A program made the translations under genes and the position numbers. Below are positions 48,701-62,833 of a DNA stretch of 64,000 bases, one piece after another. Where the stretch lies: the NCBI GenBank assembly GCA_964057225.1, contig OZ059894.1:17298001-17362000 (forward strand). The letters are read 5' to 3'. Positions within the stretch are counted from its first letter, which is position 1, and each line of letters opens with the position of its first letter. This stretch comes from Auanema rhodensis. Taxonomy: Eukaryota > Animalia > Nematoda. Below the pieces are notes generated by a model. The model was not told the origin of the DNA. It worked only from the letters and a program-made list of their open reading frames with translations, and did no database searches.

Positions 48701-51011
48701 GCTAAACGAATCTGCCTGCAAATATTGCTGTCAGATACATTTGAAAAATAAGAAATTACTTAATAGTTTTAATCATTTCGAGCCCCATAACTACACACAT
48801 ATCAGCATGATTTGGTCGGTTAACCGGCATTCCACTTACACAGTAGTAACAATCACCAAGAAACTTAATTCGCATACATTGCAATCTCTGAAACAAGCGT
48901 AGTTTTCATCGGAATTTCCTTTAAAGATACTTGAGCATCACGATCGAATTTACTGTACAACTCATTGAGCGTTCGAACAAGATCTTTGGCAGTTAACTGT
49001 GCAGCTAACACAGTGAAATTAACAATATCGGCAAAAAGAATACTTAAATAGATTTATAATAATTCAAAATTATTATTAATTCTGTTTACCTGACATTGTC
49101 ATGCACTTGAACATGTAAATCATGAAACAATTTATGATGTTTGAAATTCATTCGATTTGCACTACTAGATTGTACAATTGACTTAGAGACTTTGTCTGCT
49201 AAATATGCAGGTATAACTGATAGTAAAAGTTGTTCCTGAAATAACAAAAACATTTGTTAAATAATTTAACTTTTGAATACTAAGATATATAATATATAAA
49301 ACTATTTACTTGTCGATCTTTTAAGGTTTCCAGTTCTGTTCTTCTATAGACAGCTTCAGTCAGCTTTAAAGCTATATCTGCTCTATTTCCTGCCTCATTT
49401 GCATCAGCGATCATACCAACAAAGCTGATTACCAGGGAATGGAGAAGAAAAGATATGATCTAAATCAGTTCATAATTCCAGAATAAAATTATTTATAAAA
49501 GCTTCCAAGTAATCTCATATACTCTAATTTCTTTTACAATATCCCAATTAATCAATATGCTTGAGAATATTAATCATTTTTTAGTAATAGACAAGACAAG
49601 TTTAATAAATGACATTTGGAAGGCATTTGCAAGGCATATTCAACTAATTCATAAATCTTACCGAACATAAGAATGTCGAATCAGTTCTGATTGCTTCCCA
49701 ATTGAAAAATAGTAAAAGCAAGAAGCTAGAAAATATCCAAGATAATGAGAGAGCCAAGAATAATCTACGATGACGTGGTAGTATAAAGAATTGAACAACT
49801 AAAATAGATAATAATAATATTCATTTTAAATTATATATTTAAACTAATGAATATATTTGCATAAATGATAATTTTCAACAAATAATGTAGATTGCCAGAA
49901 ATCAGTTTATATCTTATATGTAAAATCTTTTTTTAAGTTTTGGTTGCGTTCAATATTCAATTTTTTTGAATATTAGCCAACTAATAAAAATCATCAAATA
50001 TTTCACTACCTGATGCTATAGCCAAACTTGTATACATTGAACTGTGATCATATTCATGTAAATGAATTCTTTCCTAAAAATCACAAGACCATAATATCTA
50101 CAGAACTATCAATTTCAACTCACCTTGCTAACAAATAAAGCGATTGGTAGATGTAATACCCAAACAAATGCAGGAAATAACATTGAAGTTAATAGTGATA
50201 ATATGACGAGACCAAAGCCGCCACGCTTAACAATATTATAATTTACCTCAAAATAAATGAAATTTGTTTTTCCTAATTAGTAGTAAAAATTACATATATC
50301 TGTCTTTTTAAAAATAAAATATGCTCTCAAACTTATAATTCATATTTTTGTTTTAAAAATTAGTTGTAATCTTATTAAGTTTATAATTATTACCTGCTCG
50401 CGAAATCTGATAGAGAAGCATGCCAATATTAAATATACCACGAAAACTACTGAAAGTGAAAAGCATAGTGGACCCCAAGCTTTTACCTAAAAATGATTAA
50501 GAAAATCAATTTTTTCAAATGTTGAAACATTTTTAGTATTAGTTTTGCTTGATATATGAAAATCTTATGTCATAACGATATATTATACTTTGAAGCAAAC
50601 AAATAAGGACACATATACTTGATACTCGTGTGAAAACTTTCAATGCATCTATGTGTGCAAGCTTTGGCTGTTAAACTTGATTTAAAGATTAGAAAATAAA
50701 TGAAAAACAATTATTTCTTTAACATTTCTCACCGTTTTTTTATTTTCTTTTGAAGATTCGTTGTCTTCCTTGGCAATGACAAGAATCTGCAAAAAATATT
50801 TTGTTTATTTTACGTTGAAGCTTATACAAAGTGTATCAACCTCGCTAATTTCTGAAAAATAATAAACAACAAACAGTTGAGCTGCTGCATATATTAACAT
50901 CCAAAAATGGATTGTATTTAAACGAGCACGATCTAATACTCTCCAGTGTCGTACCAAAACCGAACGAATTTCAGCTCTTGTGCTGTTGGCACATTCTACG
51001 ACTGTAGTCAT
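45734..51011 (-). CDS. acy-2: Transmembrane class III adenylate cyclase, multi-exon, full length
   Basis: N-terminus [14 protein letters not shown]..., TM exons, C1a with [22 protein letters not shown]2a with [19 protein letters not shown]; symbol supported by adjacency to dhs-16. Confidence 0.85.
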
Positions 51012-54000
51012 AAGTTACAACTCTTAATATAGATGTATATGTAATTAGAAAATCATTTTAAGAAAATAGAAAGCATACATAGACAAATTGAAATTAAAGT
51101 AAGTTAAGAATACATAATGGTTAACAAGAGTTAAAATTCAAAAGAAAATACAGAAATATGTGCCTCTTTTCTTGGTGAATTACGTTTAAAAAAACAAATT
51201 GGAACATTAGAGCTTGATAAGTGTTTATCCAACAAAAGCTGTTCGTATCTATGTGAAATGATCACAACTTCAAACATCAATCACTAGAATTCTTAATCAA
51301 GGAAACTAGAGAATTCAATAAACACTCATAGAAAACTTTTTTAAGTTGAAATGTTAGGAAATAAAACCTTAGTCATATTTGGTAAGATTGCTTTCTCACG
51401 ACTCGAAGCCATAGTGCTCCGCCTTCGTCTGAAATAGATGAGTTGGCTAAGCTCCGATATATCTTCAATACATATGAATAGACATGATGGAAAGCTCAAA
51501 AAAATAATAGAGAGAAACAAAAAAAAGTTTATAAACGAATAAGCTGGTGGTGCATCTAGCTGTTTTTTCTAAAAAAAATGTTTACATTCATCTTTGCTTT
51601 TACACAATACAGAAGAGGTTAGAACACATTTAACAAGTTATATATTGAAATAGATTCCATTGTTTAAGTATAAGAAATACATAATACTAAAGGTTTTGTT
51701 TAATATATTAAATGTATAACTTCTAAAGATTCTGCATGATTGGTACATATGAATACGTCAATTGTATTTGAAGTAGAAAAATAATTATCATCCAGTATAA
51801 GGAGTCTAATCTCTGATTTTATTTCTAAAATGTCATCATGCTTCAGCACGTAATAAGCTTCCTAACCTTTAGTTTTCAAATTGAAATTCCTTCTTTTTTT
51901 CGATTTTCTAGCATAATGAAGCAGCATTTCTCTCTACATTGCTTTAGGGGAAATGTTGCATATTCAATTGATGATCACTTTGAAATATAAAGTTCGAGGA
52001 ATTGGGTGAAAAGAAAATTTGAAAAGCAACAACCTAACAAACATATTCATTAAACATTGAAAAAAGAACTTTGTTTTAAATATAATATATAAAATATGAG
52101 AAAAAGGCCAAGGTGAAAAGCAATTATAACGTCTATTCGCATCTGACTTTCTACTATGCCATTTGAAAATCAAGAGCTGAAATTTGCAAATAAGATGCAT
52201 GGCAGAGAATAAAAAATAAAAGTTTCTACTCGTTTTTCAACTTAATTGATCTTTTATGAAAGTATGCGATGAATCTCGTTCTTAGCTTAATTATCAATGG
52301 AAGAGAATAACTAAAATATAAAAATAGACGAATAGAAGACATTGGTAGAAAGCTTAATTAAAATTCTACCAAACGTTTATATGGAAAAGACGTCAAAGCA
52401 ATAAAATCATAGAACACAACTGATGTTTCCAACTGAGAAGTCATCCTCTAGATTAGACGAGGACAGCTATTGAGTGATGAGAAGAAAGAGATGAGCCCTA
52501 GTCGTAATAGGTCCAGGCACCTTCTATGCCGAAAAAGGATTTAATCAGCTGACTGAATAAATGATCTATGACAACGTTTAAGCAATTCTGCTCATTTCAA
52601 ATCAACGATACAATAATTGTATTGCAAAAGTTGTTGAGGTGAAGTTTATGGTATACACTGAATAGTTAATTTCGTCCATCAAAAGAAAAGGGACACATGT
52701 TCTGAACTTACAAACAAACCAAGATGAGCTAAACTCTATTACTTTCACATCAGATAGCCTGACATTTCGAAAAAAACAAATAGCAGTTAATGAAAGCTCT
52801 TTAGAAAAAAAAGAAGTTTTGCAAAAAAAACGTAAAGACTCAGATGTTCATACGAATTTTTGAAAATATTAGAAGAATGATTCCTTGAATCAGACTGAAT
52901 TTTTTTAGTTAGAAAGAAGTATGTTCACGACGTGTGGTCATTTTTCATATTAGTTGACAATACTTCAATTTCCTAAGTAAAAGGGAAGTAGAATCAAAGA
53001 TATTAGAGTGAGCGTGAGTGAGAGAGCATCTAAACAAGAACAAGAAGCAATGCAATAGACAAAATGAAAGTACTAGTGTTGACAGAGCATGGAAATACAA
53101 CACAGCACATTGATGCTATCCATCCTGACTCTCTTCTTCTGCTTGAATCCTAATAAGGAAATTACTGCGAGACTCTATACCTTCTCAATCGAAGCACTCA
53201 TATTGCTCAAGAAGCTGGCTAGGAAAAAGGAATGGCTCCTAAGTCAATTCGTTATTTGATTAGGTCAAAGCAGTAACAGGAACAAGAACGGCTGCCATCG
53301 TCATCTTCATCATCATGTACATCATTAGAAAGGAGGAGTTGCCTTACTAACCATGCTAGGTTATCTTCATTTTGAAAAGCAAGAAATGAAAAATAATGCA
53401 AGAAGTTGTTAAGCTTTAAGTTTGTTTTGTTTTCAGATATGAATAAACTTTTGAAGTTCAAATTCTCTAGAGATGAGTATGGCGACAAATTGGTTGATGG
53501 CTGTATGACATGTGAAAAAAACATTTGTTAAGGTTTCTCTGCCAGCAAATAATCAAAGCTGGCAAGGAAATGTATTTACAACTGCAGTGAATATGATGAA
53601 GTTCTCATATTAGCATAAAGACTTCTGTAAAGGAAACTCGAGGTTAAATTTCACGTAGAGTTTACTTTGTTATACTTTCATTTAAGAATCATTGCATTCA
53701 ATATCAATGTATGAATTGTAACTTCTATTAATATCTTACTTTTTGAATCTTTGTTAGGTTTTCTACTTTAACATACTTTTATCTTCTCTCATTTGATCTC
53801 AATGAAGGTCTAAAAGTTTATTGGCGATGAAGAACATACATTCGCATAACTTCCTCTTTTAGGGTTTATCCAACTTCCTGGCCTCGTATGATCCATTATA
53901 TCCATTTTCATAATTATTTTTGTCATTTATAAGGTTCTGCAACACTGCTTCTGATTTAATATTCTATCTAGCAACATCATCAGCGCTTTCAAAAATAATT

Positions 54001-54727
54001 TACTATAGTACACGTCTCATAGCATTCATTCAATACATTATCTGGAAAAAAAGGAAAATTTTGAAGGCGTAGAATGAGCGTGTGCCTTTCAGACAGTCAT
54101 CTCATTCTCAATTTCATTTTTCCTGCAGCTCATAAAATACCAAAAAAAAAGAAAATTTAAGTGCAAGACTTAGAAATCAGAGGGAAAAGCATATGATATA
54201 TACATTTGTACAACTAAAGCTAACTGCATATAAAACATTGATTTTACATCTAAGGACAACGTAATAATAGCAAGTAGGTTCAGAAACATATATAATGAAT
54301 ATCATATTTTTTATTATGAACTTATTCGGCAGAAAACAGAAAATTTGAAAACAAATTTTTATTCTCAGAAGGCTTATTAACTTTCTCAAGCGTTATAACA
54401 GATATTAGCTATACTTTGAAACAGAAAGATGACTCCTGTCATTTTCAGCCGTAGGAAGACTTCTGGTAATTCTTTTTGATTTAAGGCAATTGTTTTTACA
54501 TTACCCACGATCTGCTGACATTTGAACTAATTTAGATGCTAAACAATTTTTTTTTATAGTAAACCTTGGAAATAATACATTTCATTGAAAATAAAAAAAA
54601 ATAGATTTAAAAAGATCACAAAGTTTTAAAGATCATTGAGAATAGTGACATAATCACATGAACTATATACAAGAATACATTAGAATTGAGATTGCAGATA
54701 CAGTAATATTATTAAGTCAAAAAAAAA

Positions 54728-55668
54728 TTAATTTCTAAAAAACGGAAATAAGGTTGTATAAACAGAAATACACCCAAGATCAGATTGAGCAAATGTATAT
54801 CTGAAAAGATAATATCGAATGTTAATATGGGCATAAGTAGTAAAACAATTAGCAATAAATATATTAAATATATAGTCATAGTATATTAAAGCCAAAAATA
54901 CTTGTATGAACATGGAAGTTAAAATAGTAATGAAAATGGACACCATAATAGCACAAACTACATTTAAATCGCGGAGAGTCTGAAGACAGAAAAGAGCATG
55001 CAGAAGGAAAACTACTGCAATCAGAGCAGTTATCTGATAACCCGATTCGGAATCATAGATTCCCGAGATCACTGAAAAAAATGATATTATTAATTCTATT
55101 CTTTTATCATGACCACTTATGAAACTATTAATAATCTTAAAGAAAGAACAAACTATATAATCAACTCAATTAATGTGGTTGCCATAGCAACCTGATAACT
55201 AATATAAACTTTGATAGCCATCGTTTCTAAAATTCACAAAAAATCACCTAATATAATACATATCAAAGATATGACGAAAGCAAGTAGTAAAACCATGTTA
55301 ATATGACGCTTCTGATGATACTTTTTAAGTAAAAATCCAGAGACAGTAAACAAAAAAACAGTCAACGGCAGAGGAAAACTATGCTCCTGTATGAAAGGGC
55401 GCACTCCGGGCGTCATATGAAGAATAAAACAGACTAAACATTTAAATTAAAGTTAATACACTAAAAAAATAAGGCACAGACCCAAGGAAATCAAAGCGAA
55501 CTGGGCCCAAAGCAGACTATAAACTCTGCGAAGATAACGCATTCGGAACTTCAACGAGTGCGTTCCTGCTGGTGGTACACGAGGACTTTTTTCCATAGAA
55601 TCAGATGAATCATCAGGGCCGATTAGTAACCTCACAGAGTCCAAGCCAGAGCCGAAAACCTTCGCCAT
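54728..55668 (-). CDS. Bax inhibitor-1 / TMBIM family membrane protein (TMBIM4-like)
   Basis: FRMRYLRRVYSLLWAQ motif followed by several hydrophobic exons. Confidence 0.7.
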
Positions 55669-56025
55669 GATTATCTGACTAACTAACAAACAATTGTAAA
55701 ACTATTTTTTTAAATTGTGAACAAAAGTTACATATGAAGGTATTTTCAACATAATTTTATTAAAATAGAAAAACATTTTGAAAATATTTGGGTTTGAGCA
55801 AATCACTCATACTATTGATATACGATTGTGCTTGCTGCATAAGCTCGCACGGCATAACCCTATGCGTATAAAGTTTTACGTACCTCACATTTTTCATTAA
55901 ACGGTTGTTTTTAATATTCTTTTGTAGCAGTAGACTTCAGCTTTATGTAAATTACCGTTTATATAAAAGTTGAAGATATTATTTTAATTACTATACCGTG
56001 CGTTTTAATAAATGTGCAACTCAGG

Positions 56026-57214
56026 ATGTTAGCAGTGCGGGTGGGGTCACAATTGAGATTAGGTTCATGTAGGCTGGGAAATTTGATTTCGTATCGTTGC
56101 AGCAGCAACAGTCCACTTTCTAGGATAAAAGATTTTGTGTTCGCGGTCAGTAATAATAATATTGTCCCTAGAAATACATTTTGTTACGCTATTTCAGACA
56201 GATAAGGAAAACTTTCATGAAGATTTTGTAAAGAGAGCTCACGAATGGGATGGTATTGATAGACAACAGTATAAACTAATTTATAGAGATATAGGTTGTG
56301 CTCAGTACTTTAAATTTTTATTTTGCTTTTATAAAACACATTTTAGGAGCTTCTAGGTCTTTTTTTCTAGTTTCTACACTTCTTCCACTTTCATTTTTTG
56401 GAGCTTTATACATTATCTGGGATGTTGCAGCCCATAAAAAAAAAGATAGATCGGACACCGTTGTTCGGCTCCAAAAAGACGCTGAGGATGTAAGTTGAAG
56501 TCATTTATCATCGCTCAATTTCTTTGTATCAGCTGGGAGTTCTTATCGCTTTACCAGGGCTCGCTTTAGTTTTGGTAACTGCTTTAGTTTTACGAGTTCA
56601 TCGTTGTCGTTTATTGAGGTTGAATAACGAGACTTTCGTAGTTGATAAAAATTCGTTTAGGATTTATCAGAATAGAAAAGATCTTGACGAATTCATAGCA
56701 TTAGCTTCCAGAACAATTGTTGGACAGAAACAAGTATATTAATATAATTCTGAATATCAATATCAGTTTTTCTTTTAAGGTATTATTTGATCGTTCAGCT
56801 GCTACGGCATTTTATTATGGCGAAGATCAAGGTGAAATAATGCAAATGGTTTTACATTTTCTTTTTGGTAATATACAGGTTAGTTTTTTATGAATAGTAT
56901 ATTTTAATTTTTTCGTTATCTTTCCAATCAAATTTCTACTTATTTCTTATATTTAATAACTTTGTTTGAAAAGCCTGCATTTGCGGATATGATACCTTTT
57001 ATAACTCTTTTAGAAGACATTCGTCCTGATTATCATACCACGAAAGTGTGAAAAAATATGCGATGTAAGGTCCCATTACTAAAGAGCTCTTTTTTTGCAG
57101 ATTGAGTCCAAGAAATATATGGTGATGGATGACTGTTTCCGAGCTAACAACTTCCGATCTTATATGCTAAACGAGACTAGTGTTCCTCCAAGAATGGGAG
57201 GGCAAATCAGCTAA
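56026..57214 (+). CDS. Uncharacterised two-TM protein with a mitochondrial-presequence-like N-terminus
   Basis: ATG after a ctcag acceptor; Arg/Ser/Leu-rich start; exons read YKLIYRD, a TM segment, LGVLIALPGLALVLVTALVLR, ...NETSVPPRMGGQIS*. Confidence 0.65.
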
Positions 57215-57433
57215 GTTTGCTCAAAATATTTATCTTTGTTGTTGTTGTTTGCAGATTTTCTTATACTGAATTTTTATTTTGTTATATACATGTTTTCTCT
57301 AAATACTGGTATTAGAATGTAGATAGAATAATTTGCCATAGGTTTTCAATAGAATTAATTTTTTGTTTTGACCCGTTGCTAGGTTCTCTACGAACTACAT
57401 TGTGATAGAAATTAAACGCATGATAAATCTCCA

Positions 57434-59347
57434 TTATTCTGCACCTGTGAATGTAAATTTGATTGTTGTTCTCAAGTTTCCTGCCGAATTTGTTCTTTCT
57501 CTTCGAGTTGAATCTGGGGAATGGGACCCAAAATTGTTGAATGCATCTCTCAACTCGTCAATCTCGTCTGATGTTAATTTCTATAACAAATATCAGAATC
57601 CGTTACGAGGTTGTCTTTACCTCCAATTCTTTTTTCTGGTGAGGACGAGACGTCCCAATAACTCGACCACTTAGCACATCCGAAAGGTCATAACAGAACT
57701 AAAAAATATGATGTTAATTTGTATGTTGACATTATTTAGCCCCACATTTTTGAAAACCTCATCGGAAATAAGCGCTTCTTCTTCTATAATTCTCACACAA
57801 GCTTGTTCCGTAGATGTTTCATAGAATCGTTGAGCTGAAAAATAGCTTTCGTATTATAATCATTTCGGGGAATTTACTATATGATGTGAGGCATCCAGCT
57901 AACTCATTGGCTGCGGGATTAAAATTTGTGGGAGGTTTCGCTCCTAAAATACGGTGTTAGCATGTAATAATATGATAATAGCAAAACCTATCATATTAGT
58001 TCTAGGAAATACATAAGCTGTTACATATCTTGGTTTCACGTTTTCTGTATCTTCTTCCCAATCTGGGCCTTCTGTTCTAATTGGTTGGGCTCTTGTAATG
58101 AACATATTGTGAGCTTGACCTTGCCCCGATAACAAATCACAACAACGGATAAGATTACTGTAACATCATCTTGATTTCTGGTATAATTAATGGTAAATTA
58201 TACGTTTTAAATTTTTCATAATCTTCTTTGTGTTGTAATTGGAAAGCAAAAGCGTGGCATAACCAATTTGGTGGTTCTATTATATAAGCATTTAAACTTT
58301 CCAATTGAACAAATTTCTGAATAATTATAATTATTTAATATTTCAAAATAAAACATACTCTATTAACCAAATCCGTTTTATGGGGCCAATATAAGCTATG
58401 AAGGTGCAGATGATTAACGGAAGCCTTATAAATATCTTTCAGTATTTTATATAAATCAAATTATACCTGTCCTAGTAAACTGTTAAAAAGTATGTTGAAA
58501 TCTTCTTCATCAACTAAAAGCATAACATCAGTTGCTAAACGTATAGCAGTTGAGGTCAAAACCTTAAAGTTGGCATATTTATATTAATATAATATATAGT
58601 CATATTGAATACCTGTGGTAAACATTTGTTTACAGCTGGAATAATGAGACTATGATCTCGTTCAAGAGGACTTGCATTGATAGCAACAACATGTCTGTCT
58701 AAAGGATCTGTACTAATTGGTTCATCTTCACATCTCAAGTAGAACAATATCTATAAAAAAATATAAAAGTCTTTTTCTCTGGAATTCCGATGACTTCTTT
58801 CTCGTGTAGCTTAGTAAAATTCCATCTCAGAGAGTTGAAGGGTTCTCTGATATGCTTGAATCTCATTGGTTTTCTTCGTAGTTCTCCTCTTTCGATATTT
58901 AACTGATAAAAAAAGGTAAAGAAGAGTATGTATGTATTAATCTGAGATCAGTTTATTTCATCTTCAATTCACCTGCATTGACATGTTGTATTTTCCTTTA
59001 ACTTCTTTATAAATACATTTCAAGTTGTAGTTGAAGGCGTTATCTGATTTCGCCTTTTCCCAGCGTTCATGTAATAACGTTTTGAACTGAAAAAACAGAT
59101 TTTGGAATTCTCAATTTAATCTCACTGTTGTTGTTGCTCCTGTATGATTCGTTTGCGAATTTTCCTTCAAATCGTAAACAAAATCATCTAATGAATAATG
59201 GAGAACGGGAATTGAAGACGCTATAGTCGAGAATTGAGCTGGCAGCTGCAACTGTTTTGTCCATAATTTTATTGCATTATTTTAATTTACCTGAATTGAA
59301 GATGCAGAACGTTGAGTTCTCTCAATGATTATGTCCAAGTTTTCCAT
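57434..59347 (-). CDS. mcp-1: GDP-D-glucose phosphorylase (GDPGP1/VTC2 family)
   Basis: LNIERGELRRKP, AINASPLERDHSLIIP, HIT-like ASVNHLHLH, FNPAANELAG. Confidence 0.85.
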
Positions 59348-59757
59348 AGTAATGAATCGTCAAAAATGAAACTGTTATTGCCGCAAGTGGAAATGAATAA
59401 GCTAAAAGCTTTTCCTATTCGGAAATCTAGAAATAGGTGCATTCGATAAATATGTTTTTTTCTGCGATTATAAACATAAAAAAGAAAATGTAATAAAGAC
59501 TTCCATATTAAATTTAATAGTTAATTCTTCAATTCAGTCAGAAGCTGTTGTTTATATGTAAAATTTTGATATATCTTTATTCGAAACTCTACTTTCTTAG
59601 CATTCTATAAATACACAAATGTAATGACAGATCGAGGTTTCAGTTTCAATCATGCCTTACGAGTAATTTGTTTTTCGAAATATTTACATTTTCTGAAATA
59701 AGTTTGTAGATTTATGAAAGATTTATAAGAAGGCGACAAAATACACCAAATTTGAAT

Positions 59758-60839
59758 ATGGCTTGGCAATGTGGTGGAGCTACGAATGAGCAGTTAGTGA
59801 ATAACTTGTACAGTACGTTTTTTCGAGATATACTTAGACAAAAGAAAATAGTTTGATGAAATATACATGTCAGCCTTATAGATGCTCGTATATTCACATG
59901 TGAACGGGTTCGTGAAGCCATGTTAGCAGTTGATCGGGGGGATTTCACTTCACAAGACCCATACAATGATTCGCCGCAGGGTATTGGTTATCAAGCTACT
60001 ATCTCAGCACCACATATGGTATATGACTTAAAAATATTAAAAATACACAAATCACTTTATAGCATGCTTCGGCATTAGAAAATTTGAAAGATCATCTTAT
60101 AGCAGGTGCAAAGGTTTTGGATGTTGGATCCGGTAGTGGGTACCTCAGTGTTTGCATGGCAATGATGGTAGGGAAGATCAATTTGAAAATTCAATGAGTA
60201 TTGTATAAAACCAGAAATGACTTTTCTGATTCAGATTGGAGCAAATGGGAAGGTAATTGGAATAGAGCATATACCAGAGCTGGTGAAAAAAGCTTCGGAC
60301 AACACAACCAAACGTTATCGCAACCTCATACAAACAAATAGAATTCAATACGTTGAGGTTTGTGAAACCCTTTATCTAATATACTTTTTGCCCTATCATG
60401 CAAGCAACCTAATCAAATGGCGTTTTGCGCTGAATTTTTAAATTTAGTGACAAGAAGTGTAATTTAGGCTGACGGACGACAAGGATACTCTAAGGGAGCT
60501 CCATATAACGTTATACACGTTGGCGCTGCAGCTGAGACGATTCCTCCCGCAGTAAGTTTTAGCTCAGCTATTAAGAGCAGACATTAGATAAATATAACAT
60601 AAATATATTTGGCTTTAAGCTGATTGATCAATTGGCCGAAGGTGGGCGTATGCTTATTCCGGTTGGAAGAGAAAATGATGGACAAGTATATCAATGAATA
60701 ACTTTTCTCATTTATAAAAATTTTTCAGGTTTTTCTGCAAATCGATAAGATAAATGGGTGCACAACAGAAAAAATCCTCGAGCATGTCATTTATGTTCCA
60801 CTCACTAGTAGGGAACATCAGTTGGGCAGAGGTTTCTAA
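59758..60839 (+). CDS. pcm-1: Protein-L-isoaspartate O-methyltransferase
   Basis: [56 protein letters not shown]. Confidence 0.93.
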
Positions 60840-61057
60840 TGCTATAGCTTATTCGCTTTGTGTTTTTTCCTTCTATTTGTGCTGTATATTGTATATTTTG
60901 ATGAGTAATAAAGGCTGCAACCAAACTAACTATACATAACTAATCTATTAAGCATTTATAAATAGTTACCATAAAAAGCAAGGCATTCTCAAAAAAATAG
61001 AGATCGAAACAAGCAATGCATGAAACAGCTTCGAAAATCACAACGAAAGTAAAAATA

Positions 61058-62055
61058 TTAGATTTCTTCCATATCATCAATTGCTAATTCAGGGAAATCT
61101 CCGCATTCAACATTAAAGGGACGAGCAAATCCACCATGTTTATCCATACATTGGAAATATCTAAAAAATTAAATAAATAATATAGGGTTAAGGCTTATGG
61201 CTTCAATATTGATGAAAAATGAAATTCATTAGTCATATGTTATATATATATATATATATATTAAGTCATAATATCATATTACGTCTGCATACCTTATTCC
61301 GCCGACTTGTCCATCATGCTTTCCATAAGGTTCATCATAGTTTATTCCAACCCATAGTCCTTCTTTAAACTTCGTCTCACCCAAAAATGTTACTACTCCC
61401 CGACGTTCCATTTGACCAGCAATTCTAACTTCACAACGAGAGCCAATCTGATAAAGTTAATTTTTTATTGTAGGAAAATTAAACGTACTGTAATTTTTTT
61501 GGCAGCTTCTTCATTGGCAGCTTTACCAGCATCATCAACAACTTGTGATTTCTGGTTAGCCATTTTCTTCTTAAACTCGCGTACACTGTCTGCAATAGCG
61601 AGAAATTAACCTTAAATTTTTAAATTTGCTGTTGCACCTGCTCTTTGAGAATATTTTTCTTCACTTATTTCATATTTCTCAACCATGCTGTCATCTTTTA
61701 GCTCTTCATTACTTCCCGTAGAGTCAACAGCATGAATTTTCATACCTTGGAAAAAAGAACGTTGAGATTTTCAATGATGTGTTGCTTACCAGACTTCACG
61801 CCAAGTTCGTCCAAAGTTTTAGAATCTCCAGTGAGTTCACTAATATGTTTACCGTCCTTGTCAAGCAGTTCTAACTTCAACTTACTAGCTTCTGCGCCAA
61901 CAATAAGCTCAAGTTTTAACTACGATAAAAACATGAATATTTCAAGATACGAAAACTGAATTTACTTTGAAATCTTCCAAAGTCATACTGCCTGGATATC
62001 TTTTCTCATAGGGAAATTCGGTAACATTGGTCGAAATTAATATAGATAAGGCCAT
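61058..62055 (-). CDS. tbcb-1: Tubulin-folding cofactor B (Ubl + CAP-Gly)
   Basis: [55 protein letters not shown]. Confidence 0.88.
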
Positions 62056-62833
62056 ATTTCCTGTAATATAGTTTTTTAATAGTAATATCGAAAAGCGACA
62101 TCGAACAATATGTGACAGTTATAACACTGCAGATAAAAGGGGAATACAATCTTCAAAATAAATATATTCTACATCAACTGAAAAAAAGATAGGTTATAAA
62201 TATCAAATAAATGTTATCAGGAATTTTCACTAAAAAATCTTACAAACATCTATAATATAGAAATAAGAAAAAGTTTCACTTTAGAATTCTTATTATCCTA
62301 TGTTTCATACGCAATTGCGGACATGTCGAACTGACAGGAGAACATGAATTAAAACAGATTAAAAACAAAAACAAAACTAAGTATTAGATATATAAAACTG
62401 AGTTGATTGTCTTTTAAATTTTGGCACTCAATACGAAGTTATTTCATTCGATGTCAATGAGAAGAGAAACACAAATCATAAAAAAAACTTTGCAATGCAA
62501 TTCATGTTTTACCGATGAGATCATTTGAGTTCAAGAAAGCAACAGTTGTTATCCATGCATTGAATACAGAATGGTTTTTCGGGACCATGATCGATATAGT
62601 GTCCATGGTGACCATGTGAGGAAAAGCAAACCAATTAAGGACATCTGCTCCCGACATACATTAGGAAATAGAACACCCTATTGATCTTGCATGTTTTAAA
62701 TCAATTGTATTATTTTACGTTCAAAAATTAAATGGTAATTTATTAATAAATTTATTGAGTATATGACAATTATTTTAGATATTTTATAAAATTTATATTA
62801 TTATGTTCTCAATTGGAATGATAAAAATTGAGA

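Noticed and set aside
53252-53524. 90-aa minus-strand ORF with an acidic/Cys tail
   Set aside because: No family motif and no convincing splice context; treated as intergenic.
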